A DNA stretch of 64,000 nucleotides from Candidatus Pacearchaeota archaeon. Lineage in GTDB: Archaea > Nanobdellota > Nanobdellia > Pacearchaeales > GW2011-AR1. Positions within the stretch are counted from its first letter, which is position 1; each line of letters starts with the position of its first letter. Positions 54,997-64,000 of this stretch are shown here, piece by piece. The notes under the pieces were generated by a model. That model did not search any database. It saw nothing but the letters and a program-made list of their open reading frames with translations, and was not told the origin of the DNA. The stretch covers positions 1-64,000 of the forward strand of contig JASFEO010000003.1 in the NCBI GenBank assembly GCA_050124795.1, read 5' to 3'. Made by a program: the position numbers and the translations under genes.

Positions 54997-56898
54997 TTAT
55001 TCCATCCCCCGCCCGCTCATTCGAGAACCTCCGCCGCCCTGCATTTGACCTCCAAGTTCAGTTGGCAAACTTGCCATTGAAAATCCCCCGCCATACATTT
55101 GAAAATGTGTGTTTGGCAAAATCTGTCCGTACCCTGAAAAATATCCTTGCTGAAGACCTGCTGTCTGATTCCAATAAGGCCCCATTTGCATTGAATAAAT
55201 TCCTGAGCCAAAAGCTTCAAGTGATGCCTGAACAGGGGCAGTCTGAAAATGCTGCCACCAATTACCAGCCTCAATAACTTTCTTTGCTTCAAACCCTTCC
55301 TTGCCAAGTTTCTCCATAATTTCTTTAATAGGAACATTCCCCATCCCCATTGGCAGTTCAGTGTGTTCAAGACCGAAATTATCAGACAAGTGAACATGCT
55401 TGACAAAGGGTTTTATTGCTTCGCTCTCTTGTATAACATTTTCTTTTGTTGCGCCAAATTTTCTGATCATGTTTATATGCCCCACGTCCCATGTTGCGCC
55501 AATTAATTTCTCAGCCTCTTTTCTTGCTTCTCTTTCAGAAATTCCTTCTGCCTTTGCTTTTTCAATAAACTTTGCATGGGATTTTTCAATTAACATTTTT
55601 AATTCCTTGCCTGTACTCAATGCCCCGCCTGCAGGAGGATTCTCAATTGCAATAATTGGCGCAGCTTTCCATTCTCCTTTTCTTACTTTTTCATATCCTG
55701 CAAAAGCAGTGTTGGCGAAAGTCTCAGCAGATTTATCACTTGCAAACTTCTCCATTGACTCATACATTTTTGGTGCAAGACGACGGTTTTTTAAATTATG
55801 AAGCAAATTCTGCATTGCATTTGACTGCCCGACAATTGACTGCCCGCTATTTTTTAATTCCTCGCCGTATTGTTTTGATATTATTTTTAATGCTTCTCTT
55901 TGATTTTCATCTCCATATTCATAAGCCTTGCTAAATAATGCCTGAAGCTGCTGGTCTGTATCATGAAGATATGTTTCTGCATTTTTGTAATGGTCATATG
56001 CTGCCTTTTGCTCTGGGAATTGACTTAGCAGTTGAGGATTAAGTTTCCCTTCTTGGCGAGCTTTTTCAAGATGCGCAATCTTAGGAGCATTCCTCTGTAA
56101 AATTTCATCTGCTCTTTCTTTATTAAATAAAATCTGGTTAAGAGAATTATCCCATTCTGAATGATTCAACATATTAATTCTGTCTTCAGGGGCCAGAAAT
56201 TTTCCATCGCCTTCCAAGGGGATTTCTTTAAAAACTTTTTCAGGGGAGATTTCACCTGCTTTATATCTTTTAATGTCTGCTTCTGTAACGCCCTCTTTTA
56301 TTTCCCCTTCTGTCATTCCTCCATAAATTCCTCCTGGATAAAACTTTTTTTCAGGTTTTAATTGTCCGGGTTTACCAGTCTCGCGATTTACAATAATTAA
56401 TTCCTTTGTTTTTCCTTTTCCTTCTTTTCCCCATTCATATTGAGAACCAGGGATTCCCGCAGAAGAATGAAAAACAACAGGTGAACTTCCGTCAGGGTTT
56501 ACGTCGTGGGCTCTATCCATGACATTTTGCATTTGCCTCTCAACTGCTTCTCTTTGCAATTCACTAAAGCCCTGATTTGTCATCCCTGAAGCTTCAAATT
56601 GAGGTGAGCCGTGAACAGTCACAGTAGCTCCGACTAATTTTGCCTGTCTTGCAACCTCCTTGAAATGCTCTTTTGGGATTGATTCAAAAACACTGGGCTC
56701 AACAGGAGAAATCTCAATATGCTTAACCCCGCTTGATAATTTGTCAGTAACTTCTTTTAAGATATTCGCAGATCGAAAATCAGTTGTCAAACCAAACTGG
56801 CCAGCAGTTACAGGATAATTAGAAGGCGATAAACTGTTTTTATTTGGGTCCAGGCTTGAATAACCCCCCTGATAAATATTTTTAATTTCGTAAGCCAT
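54997..56898 (-). CDS. Xylose isomerase-like / AP-endonuclease-2 TIM-barrel protein with large insert
   Basis: TVHG, VFHS, IAIEN, WDVGH, HVHLSDN and VIE metal ligands. Confidence 0.8.
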   Translation of the reverse strand: MAYEIKNIYQGGYSSLDPNKNSLSPSNYPVTAGQFGLTTDFRSANILKEVTDKLSSGVKHIEISPVEPSVFESIPKEHFKEVARQAKLVGATVTVHGSPQFEASGMTNQGFSELQREAVERQMQNVMDRAHDVNPDGSSPVVFHSSAGIPGSQYEWGKEGKGKTKELIIVNRETGKPGQLKPEKKFYPGGIYGGMTEGEIKEGVTEADIKRYKAGEISPEKVFKEIPLEGDGKFLAPEDRINMLNHSEWDNSLNQILFNKERADEILQRNAPKIAHLEKARQEGKLNPQLLSQFPEQKAAYDHYKNAETYLHDTDQQLQALFSKAYEYGDENQREALKIISKQYGEELKNSGQSIVGQSNAMQNLLHNLKNRRLAPKMYESMEKFASDKSAETFANTAFAGYEKVRKGEWKAAPIIAIENPPAGGALSTGKELKMLIEKSHAKFIEKAKAEGISEREARKEAEKLIGATWDVGHINMIRKFGATKENVIQESEAIKPFVKHVHLSDNFGLEHTELPMGMGNVPIKEIMEKLGKEGFEAKKVIEAGNWWQHFQTAPVQASLEAFGSGIYSMQMGPYWNQTAGLQQGYFSGYGQILPNTHFQMYGGGFSMASLPTELGGQMQGGGGSRMSGRGME

Positions 56899-57107
56899 TT
56901 TCACCTCGATTAATTTAAGTATAAGAAGTTTATAAAATTATTTATCCTGATTGCTTTATACTTTCTTTTTGGTTCGAGGAAAATTTGTCTTTGCGAAAGA
57001 CTTAAATAATTGCAATTATTCAGTATTTTAAGGTAACAGGGATTGCCTTAAGTCATCATGACATCCCGCTATGTATCCCGGCTGTGTCTAACACTGGGAT
57101 TTTTAAA

Positions 57108-57203
57108 AGGGTAAAGAGAGTTTCTGTTTATATTGATGGGGCTAATTTTTATGGCGGTCTAACATCTATAAATAAAAATTTTAGTGATTTGAATTTTTAT
57201 TAG
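57108..57203 (+). pseudogene. NYN-domain (LabA/DUF88) gene relic
   Basis: KRVSVYIDGANFYGG then a stop; probable start ATG changed to AGG. Confidence 0.65.
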
Positions 57204-57264
57204 ATATTTTATTTTTGATTTTTCCTGCAAAAAGTTTAAATACTTATAGATATCTATTAGTACC

Positions 57265-57519
57265 ATGGAAACAAAACAGATAAACATGAAAATTCCCCTG
57301 AATCTTCTTAGTGCTGCCGAGAGTTATGCAAAAAATTTCGGGTTTAGAAATATTCAGGAACTTGCAACAGAGAGCATGAGAGAAAAGATTTTTGAAAAAA
57401 ATGAATTTGATGAAAATTTTAGTGAAAGGGAAATTGATTTAATTGATAATTTAATTTCAAAAACATTAAAGAGTAAAAAATTTATTTCTGAAGATGAATT
57501 ATTTGGTTCATTAAAATGA
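57265..57519 (+). CDS. Antitoxin (ribbon-helix-helix-like)
   Basis: KQINMKIP RHH-like N-terminus; ATGA overlap with the toxin. Confidence 0.7.
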   Translation: METKQINMKIPLNLLSAAESYAKNFGFRNIQELATESMREKIFEKNEFDENFSEREIDLIDNLISKTLKSKKFISEDELFGSLK

Positions 57520-57809
57520 ACTATTATGTAATTTCATCAAAAGAATTCAAAAAACAATTTGATAAGTTAGATGAAAAATCAAAAAAAATTATTTATGAAA
57601 AAGTCCAGTTAGTTAAGGCAAACCCATTCAGATATAAAAAGATTCACTCAAAACTTTTTTCAAGAGTTTTTAGAATAAGATTTTCAATTACAAGAAAAGA
57701 AACCCGTCTTATTTATGTATTATTGCATCAAAAAATAATTTTAATTTGTCTTCTCAACAGAAAAAATGATTATAAAAATTTAGAAAAATATTTGAAAAAA
57801 ATTAAATGA
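57516..57809 (+). CDS. RelE/ParE family toxin
   Basis: FKKQFDKLD...NPF...FRIRF...RLIY. Confidence 0.8.
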   Translation: MNYYVISSKEFKKQFDKLDEKSKKIIYEKVQLVKANPFRYKKIHSKLFSRVFRIRFSITRKETRLIYVLLHQKIILICLLNRKNDYKNLEKYLKKIK

Positions 57810-57891
57810 TTTTTCAAACTTTCACAAAAATTAAATTTTTGAGTATCCTTAATTATCCAATGCAGAATTAAAAAATTTCTTTAGAAATTTT

Positions 57892-58470
57892 TTACTTAAC
57901 TTCATACTTTCTTTCAAATTTTCCTATTTCTTCAAATCCGCTTTTTCTTTTTTTTCCTGCGCTTTCAAAATCTGTTCTTTCAACAGAATAAGTTTCTCCT
58001 GATGAAGAATTATTTTCCATGGTGCCTTCAGACGGCATAAATGCAACTTCATCTGGTGAAGAAGATTGCCTTGTTCTTCCTGCCTGAGAAAAGTCAACTT
58101 GCCCCGGGGCATTATAAGTTTCTGAAGACTGAGCATATTTTCTCTCTTCTTCATTTTCTGAATCTACCCTGTAACTAAATGGTTCTTTGTCTTTTGTTTT
58201 TGGAGCAGATTTCATTCCTGCCTCGAGATTTAACCCTCCTTCTTTTGGAGCTTCTGCCATTTGCGTTAAAACAGGCGCGCGAAAACCAATTTCCTGCAAT
58301 CCTGAATCAGAAGAAAAATCCTCCTCAATTAAAATTTCCTCCAAGTCATCATCCTTCGGCTTTTCTTTTTTCTCAATTAAAATTTTTTTCTTAGTTTCCT
58401 TAATTTCTTTTTTATCTTTAGAATTTTCTTTTAATTCTTTTTTATCTTTTTTTTCCTCTTTCTTTTTCAT
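57892..58470 (-). CDS. Low-complexity charged hypothetical protein
   Basis: K/E-rich ORF with TATA. Confidence 0.65.
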   Translation of the reverse strand: MKKKEEKKDKKELKENSKDKKEIKETKKKILIEKKEKPKDDDLEEILIEEDFSSDSGLQEIGFRAPVLTQMAEAPKEGGLNLEAGMKSAPKTKDKEPFSYRVDSENEEERKYAQSSETYNAPGQVDFSQAGRTRQSSSPDEVAFMPSEGTMENNSSSGETYSVERTDFESAGKKRKSGFEEIGKFERKYEVK

Positions 58471-58546
58471 AAGTTGTTAAAGAAATTTTAATTTTTAATT
58501 TTTTCTAATTGGTTAAATTTATAATGTTTGTTTTCTTTTTGTTTTT

Positions 58547-58960
58547 ATGAAAAGAGGTATTGGGATTTTATTTTTTGCATTTGGGATTTTGCTAATTTTA
58601 AATTCATTCCATGGATTAACCGGATTTGCAATTTATGAGAAAATTAGAGAAGCACAGAGTTCTGTATTTGGGCTTATGTTTATTCTTGTTGGGGTATTTT
58701 TGATTTCTCTTGGAAAACTTGAAAAAGGATTAATGAAATTGAAAACCGGAGTTATAACTGATCCAAATCAATTAAAGAAGATTGCAAGAAAATTGGGCTA
58801 TGAAGGAAAAATGGTAAAAGAAGGTTGGCAGGTTCTGGATGAAAAAGGAAAACCAGTAACAGTAATCCCAAGGCGTGTTTCACGAGGAGTTTTTTATAAT
58901 ATCCGAGATGCATTGAGAAAAGGAGAATCAAATTTCAGAAGATATAGTTATGGAGGTTAA
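58547..58960 (+). CDS. Two-TM protein (LTGFAI motif) with HicA-like C-terminal domain
   Basis: LKKIARKLGY...VTVIP..VSRGVFYNI pattern. Confidence 0.55.
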   Translation: MKRGIGILFFAFGILLILNSFHGLTGFAIYEKIREAQSSVFGLMFILVGVFLISLGKLEKGLMKLKTGVITDPNQLKKIARKLGYEGKMVKEGWQVLDEKGKPVTVIPRRVSRGVFYNIRDALRKGESNFRRYSYGG

Positions 58961-59369
58961 TCTTCTTCATTAATTAATCCATCATACTCAGCAATTTCTT
59001 CTTTTATAGTCGGTCTTTTTTTGCCATAGGGTGAATCAGAAAAATGCTTTTCTTCAAAAATTTCTTCTTTATTCATCTTAATTAAAAAAATTAAAGTTTT
59101 TAAAATTAATGAAGGGAAAATCTGCATGAGAAAAATTTTTAAATGGTGTTTTTGTAAAGGTTTTATGACAAGAAATGAATATAAGTTAACAAAAGAATTT
59201 GTTAGGCTTAGCTATGCTTGTCATCTTTCTTCGTAAACTTATTTCCCTTTAGAGGAGAAGTATGCAAAATTTCTAAATTTTCTAACGAGACTATGATTTC
59301 TATGCAAACTTTTTTTGACATTGAAAGAGAAAACTATTCTAAATTAAAATTAATTTGGAGGAAATTCTA

Positions 59370-60608
59370 ATGGGGATGCCAATCGATGTTTTAAAGCAGT
59401 CAATTAAAGAGCGGCTTTTGGGAAAAGAAGGAAAGGCAAGAATTGAAGAAGTTAAAAAAATCTTGTCAGAAATTCCAAATATTCATCCAAGTCCTTATGG
59501 CAGGATAAAGAAGTTGTTAAGAAAAGAAATTGATACAAGAGTGAATGCTTCTTACAAAACTTTCAAAAAAGCAGTTGTAATAGATGAATCTAAATGGGCG
59601 TTTGCAAATATTGCGATAACTGCAATGGCGGTCCTTGTCCTAATCTATAAGACTTATACAGACTTTCATACAACAGGCGTTATCTTAATTGGAACACTTT
59701 ATATTTTATATGGTTATCTAAATAAAGTTGGAGAATCTTTTTTCCAATTTGGAAGATTTTATGGAAGATGCACAAGATTAAATGCAAGAATTGAAGGAGC
59801 TTATTCAATTGATGAGGAATTTGAAAAATTGAATTTTTCAAAAAAGAATAAAATTCAAAATGATTGGAAAAATATTGAAATTAAAAATTTAAATTTTAGT
59901 TATAATGAAAATTCTGAAAACAGCCATCTTGATAAAGTAAATTTTAAGTTTAAGCGAGGAGAAAAAATTGCATTAGTCGGAGAGAGCGGCTCAGGAAAGT
60001 CAACAATTTTAGCAATCTTGCGAGGACTTTATTTGCCTCAAAAAGGAGAAGTTTATGTTAATCGCGAGAAAATAAAAAGGGGATTTGAAAAATTAAAACA
60101 AAATATAACTTTAATACCGCAGGACCCTGAAATTTTTAATGACACAATCGGCAACAACATTACAATGAATCTGCCGACAAAAAAAGAAGATTTAAATAAG
60201 ATGATTGACATGGCGCAGTTTACAAAAGTTGTTGATAGATTGGAAAAAGGTCTTAATACAAATGTTTTGGAAAAAGGAGTTTCACTTTCAGGAGGAGAAA
60301 AACAAAGATTAGCCTTAGCCAGAGGACTTTTAGCTGCGAAAAATAGCGACATAGTTTTATTAGATGAATCAACTTCAAGTGTTGACAGTTTAAATGAAAT
60401 GAAGATTCATGAAAATATATTTAAGGAGTTTAAAGACAAAACAATTATTTCCTCAATTCACAGATTGCATCTTTTAGATAAATTTGACAGAATTTATTTG
60501 TTTGACAAAGGACGAGTTATTGCAGAAGGAACTTATGCTGAATTAAAGAAAAATTACAAGTTCAGATTTTTACTTAAGAAGTATGGATTGAAGCGAGAGA
60601 TGAAATAA
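59370..60608 (+). CDS. ABC transporter (partial TMD + NBD) with an unrelated N-terminus; probable chimera
   Basis: GESGSGKST, LSGGEKQR and LLDES; only about 2 TM helices. Confidence 0.75.
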   Translation: MGMPIDVLKQSIKERLLGKEGKARIEEVKKILSEIPNIHPSPYGRIKKLLRKEIDTRVNASYKTFKKAVVIDESKWAFANIAITAMAVLVLIYKTYTDFHTTGVILIGTLYILYGYLNKVGESFFQFGRFYGRCTRLNARIEGAYSIDEEFEKLNFSKKNKIQNDWKNIEIKNLNFSYNENSENSHLDKVNFKFKRGEKIALVGESGSGKSTILAILRGLYLPQKGEVYVNREKIKRGFEKLKQNITLIPQDPEIFNDTIGNNITMNLPTKKEDLNKMIDMAQFTKVVDRLEKGLNTNVLEKGVSLSGGEKQRLALARGLLAAKNSDIVLLDESTSSVDSLNEMKIHENIFKEFKDKTIISSIHRLHLLDKFDRIYLFDKGRVIAEGTYAELKKNYKFRFLLKKYGLKREMK

Positions 60609-60662
60609 TTATATATTTTCAAGAACAATAATTCTTAAAAAAGATTCAATTAAAGAATTTTT

Positions 60663-61313
60663 ATGAAGAGATTAATTTTAATTTTATTTTTGATATTATT
60701 TTTTTCAGTTATAACTGCAGAAGAAGTTTCTATTTCAAGGGATTTATCTAATCTCAAAGTTAATGAAACATTTGAAGTTGTTTTGGAAATAAATGTTTCC
60801 GGAAATTTGCTTGCTGTTGGAATTGAAGAATATGCTCCGGAAAATGCAACAATAATAAACTCATCTGCTGAAAATTTTAGGATTAATAAAAGCAAAATTG
60901 AGTTTTTGTTATTTGATTTTAACGATTCTGTTCAAAGTCAAAATATAAGTTACTTTGTTTTGTTAAATTCTTCAAATACTAATTTTACAGAGAATCATGA
61001 AGTTATGATTATTGGAGAACCAACAGATAATCCTTCCGAGGAGGATAATCTGGAACCTTCGGGAGGTTCTTCATCAGGCAGTGGAGGTTCTACTTCAACA
61101 AACTCCGGAGAAAATCAAACCCAAAATGATTCATTAGCAAACAATATAACTATTTTAAATAATATTAATAATCTTGGTTTAGAAGAGGGGCAAATTGAAG
61201 AGACTGTAAAGGAAGTTTCTAAAAAGATGTTTAATAAAAATAATTTTGTTTATATCGGAGTTCTACTTTTTATAGGGGTTTTCTTTTTTATAAGCAATCT
61301 AAAGAAGAGTTAA
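60663..61313 (+). CDS. Surface protein: signal peptide, beta-sandwich-like domain, S/G linker, C-terminal TM
   Basis: Hydropathy pattern; many NxS/T sites. Confidence 0.7.
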   Translation: MKRLILILFLILFFSVITAEEVSISRDLSNLKVNETFEVVLEINVSGNLLAVGIEEYAPENATIINSSAENFRINKSKIEFLLFDFNDSVQSQNISYFVLLNSSNTNFTENHEVMIIGEPTDNPSEEDNLEPSGGSSSGSGGSTSTNSGENQTQNDSLANNITILNNINNLGLEEGQIEETVKEVSKKMFNKNNFVYIGVLLFIGVFFFISNLKKS

Positions 61314-62770
61314 TTATAACTCGGCATGCCATGAGCTTTTTTGTAAATATTAAAAAGTAAAAATGCTTTTTTTTCTGCGTCTTCAATTGCTTTTTTCCGA
61401 ATGTAATTTTTTTCTTCCCATGTTTCAGGCGCTATTTTTTTATCTTTTTTCTCTTTCTCTTTTTTTGGTTTATCACTTTTTTCATAATGCCCAATTAAAG
61501 CTAAAAAAGGGTTAGCGCCACTATCAGATTTCTTTTTTTCTTTTTTCTTTTTTTCCTTTTCCTCTAAAAAATCATTAATTTCTTTTTGCAAAACATCCAG
61601 GCTTTCTGTTGTTGTGCCCTCAATTAATTTCAGTGCATCTCCGACATCAGACTTGCCCAACTCTTCATTAAGTTTATCTAATTCATCAGAATTTAATGCA
61701 TAAGCGCTGAATGTTATTTCTGCTCTGCCTCCAAATGCATAATGCTGCTGCTGAGCAACTCTCTGCGGGATCCCCCTGAAACGAAAATCAACCAAAACAC
61801 ATGAAAAATAATCTCTTTTTAATTTTAATTTTGCAAAATGCGCAGGAAAATTTCCAGCTAAAGCCTCTTCATCAACTTTAATTTTATTTTTTCCAAAGAT
61901 ACTTAATTCTAAAATTATTGTATTAAAAGTTTTCACAAGCGCCGCCTCTCTTCCCCCTTCCTTCATTTCCAAACTTTGCGCAGCTTTCAAATACGGCTTT
62001 GCCCAACGCGAATAAAGTTTCAAACTATTCACCTGACTTTTCAAATAAGTTTTTTCCAAATTATATCTTTTTTTTAATTCTCCTTCTGAATGTTCCAGCC
62101 AGGTATTAAATTCCAAAATCCTTGCTCTCAAAATTCTTTTAACTCTGTCGTTCAAATCAATTTCATTTCCTTTTGAGTCTTTTAATTTTTCATCTCTAAC
62201 TGCTAAGAACGCATCCCGCAAAGTTTGAAAACCTAACTGACCTGTTGCCATTGCATGAATACTTCCCTGTCCTCTGCCAATATCAACTTTGTCAAGCCAG
62301 ATTTGTTTTAAACTTAACCTCGCTGCCTCGCTTGTTGCTTTATCCTTGGAATGAAAATCATTATAAATTGCAAGCCTTGTTCTGAAATCCTTTAAGTCAT
62401 AAATAATATTCAAAACACTTCTTAAAATTGTGTTAATATCCCCCATAACCTTGAAACCCTGCTGCTGCATAACTGCTGATCTTTGACCGAGTTCAGAAAA
62501 ATGACCTGAACCTGGCGACGACGTAAAATTATCAAGAAGTTTTTCTGTGCCCATTCCAAAATCATTCATTAAATCCAAAATAAAAAAATAAACCGGCTCC
62601 AACTGCTCTGTTGCAGAATCATAAACCAACTTATGCTCAACCAAAGGTTTTGCTTTTATTTTCTCAGGAGGGATTTTTTCATATGAACCATATTCCTCAA
62701 GCAGGTCCTTTCCATTTTCAGAATAAGAAAAATTAACTTTCCCAATCATTTGCTGAATTGTCGCCACCAT
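61310..62770 (-). CDS. Conserved hypothetical protein (Woese/Pacearchaeota type)
   Basis: Long ORF; LKQIWLDKVD, TLRDAF, YSRWAKPYL and YKKAHGM. Confidence 0.75.
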   Translation of the reverse strand: MVATIQQMIGKVNFSYSENGKDLLEEYGSYEKIPPEKIKAKPLVEHKLVYDSATEQLEPVYFFILDLMNDFGMGTEKLLDNFTSSPGSGHFSELGQRSAVMQQQGFKVMGDINTILRSVLNIIYDLKDFRTRLAIYNDFHSKDKATSEAARLSLKQIWLDKVDIGRGQGSIHAMATGQLGFQTLRDAFLAVRDEKLKDSKGNEIDLNDRVKRILRARILEFNTWLEHSEGELKKRYNLEKTYLKSQVNSLKLYSRWAKPYLKAAQSLEMKEGGREAALVKTFNTIILELSIFGKNKIKVDEEALAGNFPAHFAKLKLKRDYFSCVLVDFRFRGIPQRVAQQQHYAFGGRAEITFSAYALNSDELDKLNEELGKSDVGDALKLIEGTTTESLDVLQKEINDFLEEKEKKKKEKKKSDSGANPFLALIGHYEKSDKPKKEKEKKDKKIAPETWEEKNYIRKKAIEDAEKKAFLLFNIYKKAHGMPSYN

Positions 62771-62892
62771 TTTTATAATAAACTAAAGTAAAGAGTCTTT
62801 AAAAAATGTTTTGTGGATTTTAATAATAGAAACCTTGGGCTTATCCTTTTTGAGTAGAAAAATGAATTTGTTGAAGATGAATTTTTGTGGGA

Positions 62893-63141
62893 TTATTTTA
62901 CTTTAATCATTTCAGGGATAAAACTCCTAATTTCATAGGAAGTTTCCCATATTGTTTTTGAACCAAATTCTTGTGAGACCTCTTCTTTAGTGATGCATCC
63001 AAGGTCTGTTCCTTTTTCCTTATAATAATCATAAATAACTCTTAAAGAGTTGATAGTTCCTTCGGGTAGAATATATCTTCCAAGAACTTCACTTGACCTA
63101 TCACCGGGATTAGACCCATGAATTCTTAGAACTTCATACAC
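62893..63141 (-). CDS. Hypothetical protein
   Basis: ORF with GTG start. Confidence 0.45.
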   Translation of the reverse strand: MYEVLRIHGSNPGDRSSEVLGRYILPEGTINSLRVIYDYYKEKGTDLGCITKEEVSQEFGSKTIWETSYEIRSFIPEMIKVK

Positions 63142-63261
63142 TTCACATCTTTTAGTTTCTTTTCCTAAAAATTCTTCTCTTGTCTTTAATCTTTCTTGGT
63201 AATTTTTCTCTATATATAAATTTTATTGTGATTGAATTTTTAATCATAAAATATCTAAGAA

Positions 63262-63522
63262 CTAATCATAAACTCTTTCGCGTTTGTCAATCTTTACTAC
63301 AACAATCAAATTATTTTCATAATTGATTCTGTAAAGGATTCTATATTTTCCAATCCTTATTCTAAAAGTCGGCTCCTTATGGCCTTTCATTCTTTTGGCA
63401 TTGGATGGAACAGGATTTTCTTTTAATCTCTCAAGGCAATTGAAGATTCTTAACAATAAATTTTTGTCTAATCTTTTAAGAAATTTTTCAGGTTGATTCT
63501 CATAATCTATATTGAGTTTCAT
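63262..63522 (-). CDS. RelE/StbE family toxin
   Basis: FRIRIGKYRILY and IDKRERVY. Confidence 0.9.
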   Translation of the reverse strand: MKLNIDYENQPEKFLKRLDKNLLLRIFNCLERLKENPVPSNAKRMKGHKEPTFRIRIGKYRILYRINYENNLIVVVKIDKRERVYD

Positions 63523-63725
63523 AATCCTAACTCTTTCTTTAATTCCTCGTGAGAAATTAGTTTTCCTTCTTTTTCATTAACTAAACTTTCATCAATCATC
63601 CGGATTTCTTCATCTGTTAAAACATCATCGTCTTCATCAACCATATTTCTCTTGATAAAATCAACATCTGCCTGAAGTTTCGCCAACCTTGCGAGAATTT
63701 CATTATTGCCAATTTGCATTTCCAT
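63519..63725 (-). CDS. Cognate antitoxin
   Basis: LTDEE...GKLISHEELKKELGL; ATGA overlap with the toxin. Confidence 0.8.
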   Translation of the reverse strand: MEMQIGNNEILARLAKLQADVDFIKRNMVDEDDDVLTDEEIRMIDESLVNEKEGKLISHEELKKELGL

Positions 63726-63846
63726 GGATTTATTTAATTTCCCAATTTTATAAAACTTTTGCATTTTATTTAGAATTTATTTATTTGCTTTTTTAACCCT
63801 CATCTTGAAACAACAAATTATAAAAAGAAAAATTCATTCTGATTTT

Positions 63847-64000
63847 ATGGCATTGTTTAAGTCAAAGAGAAATAATGTTCTCGATTTAACTGAGCGTTAC
63901 AAAAGGCAGCAGGAAAAACTTGCTGAACTCAAGGCTGAAAGAGAAGAAGCAATTGCAGAACAAGGTTCTCAGGAAAGTTTGCCTTCCCAAAGTTCAGGAG
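63847..64000 (+). CDS. Hypothetical protein, truncated by the window edge
   Basis: MALFKSKRNNVLDLTERYKRQQ...; TATA at 63818-63825. Confidence 0.6.
   Translation, partial: MALFKSKRNNVLDLTERYKRQQEKLAELKAEREEAIAEQGSQESLPSQSSG

Noticed and set aside
1-64000. Prophage, retron, DGR or IS transposase
   Set aside because: No reverse transcriptase, capsid, terminase or transposase motifs recognised in any ORF.

Overview
AT-rich archaeal chromosome segment. Gene content and style (leaderless TATA promoters, K/E-rich ribosomal-protein extensions, conserved Woese/Pace-type hypotheticals) point to a DPANN Nanoarchaeota lineage, most likely Pacearchaeales; this taxonomy is inference. The core carries ileS, dph5, trmY, cbf5, glmS, dhs, ribosomal-protein genes, aIF2-gamma, the proteasome/SBDS/exosome/rpoK/eno/rps2 superoperon and tRNA-Gly(GCC). 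Many ORFans, three toxin-antitoxin pairs and several pseudogenes lie between them. The main result is at the left edge. A Xer-like tyrosine recombinase (922-1704) lacking the IntI-specific insertion sits divergently next to an array with integron architecture. The array has an attI-like G|TT point at 862-860, two identical 373-bp ORF-less cassettes each ending in a 93-bp attC-like hairpin, and the start of a third, coding cassette cut off by the window edge. Other highlights: ORFans inserted into conserved operons with duplicated SD/stop/start junctions, a 996-aa wHTH plus tandem metallophosphoesterase protein, an MNT-HEPN-LigD phosphoesterase operon, and several candidate regulon motifs. All calls come from reading the sequence by eye; no searches were run.
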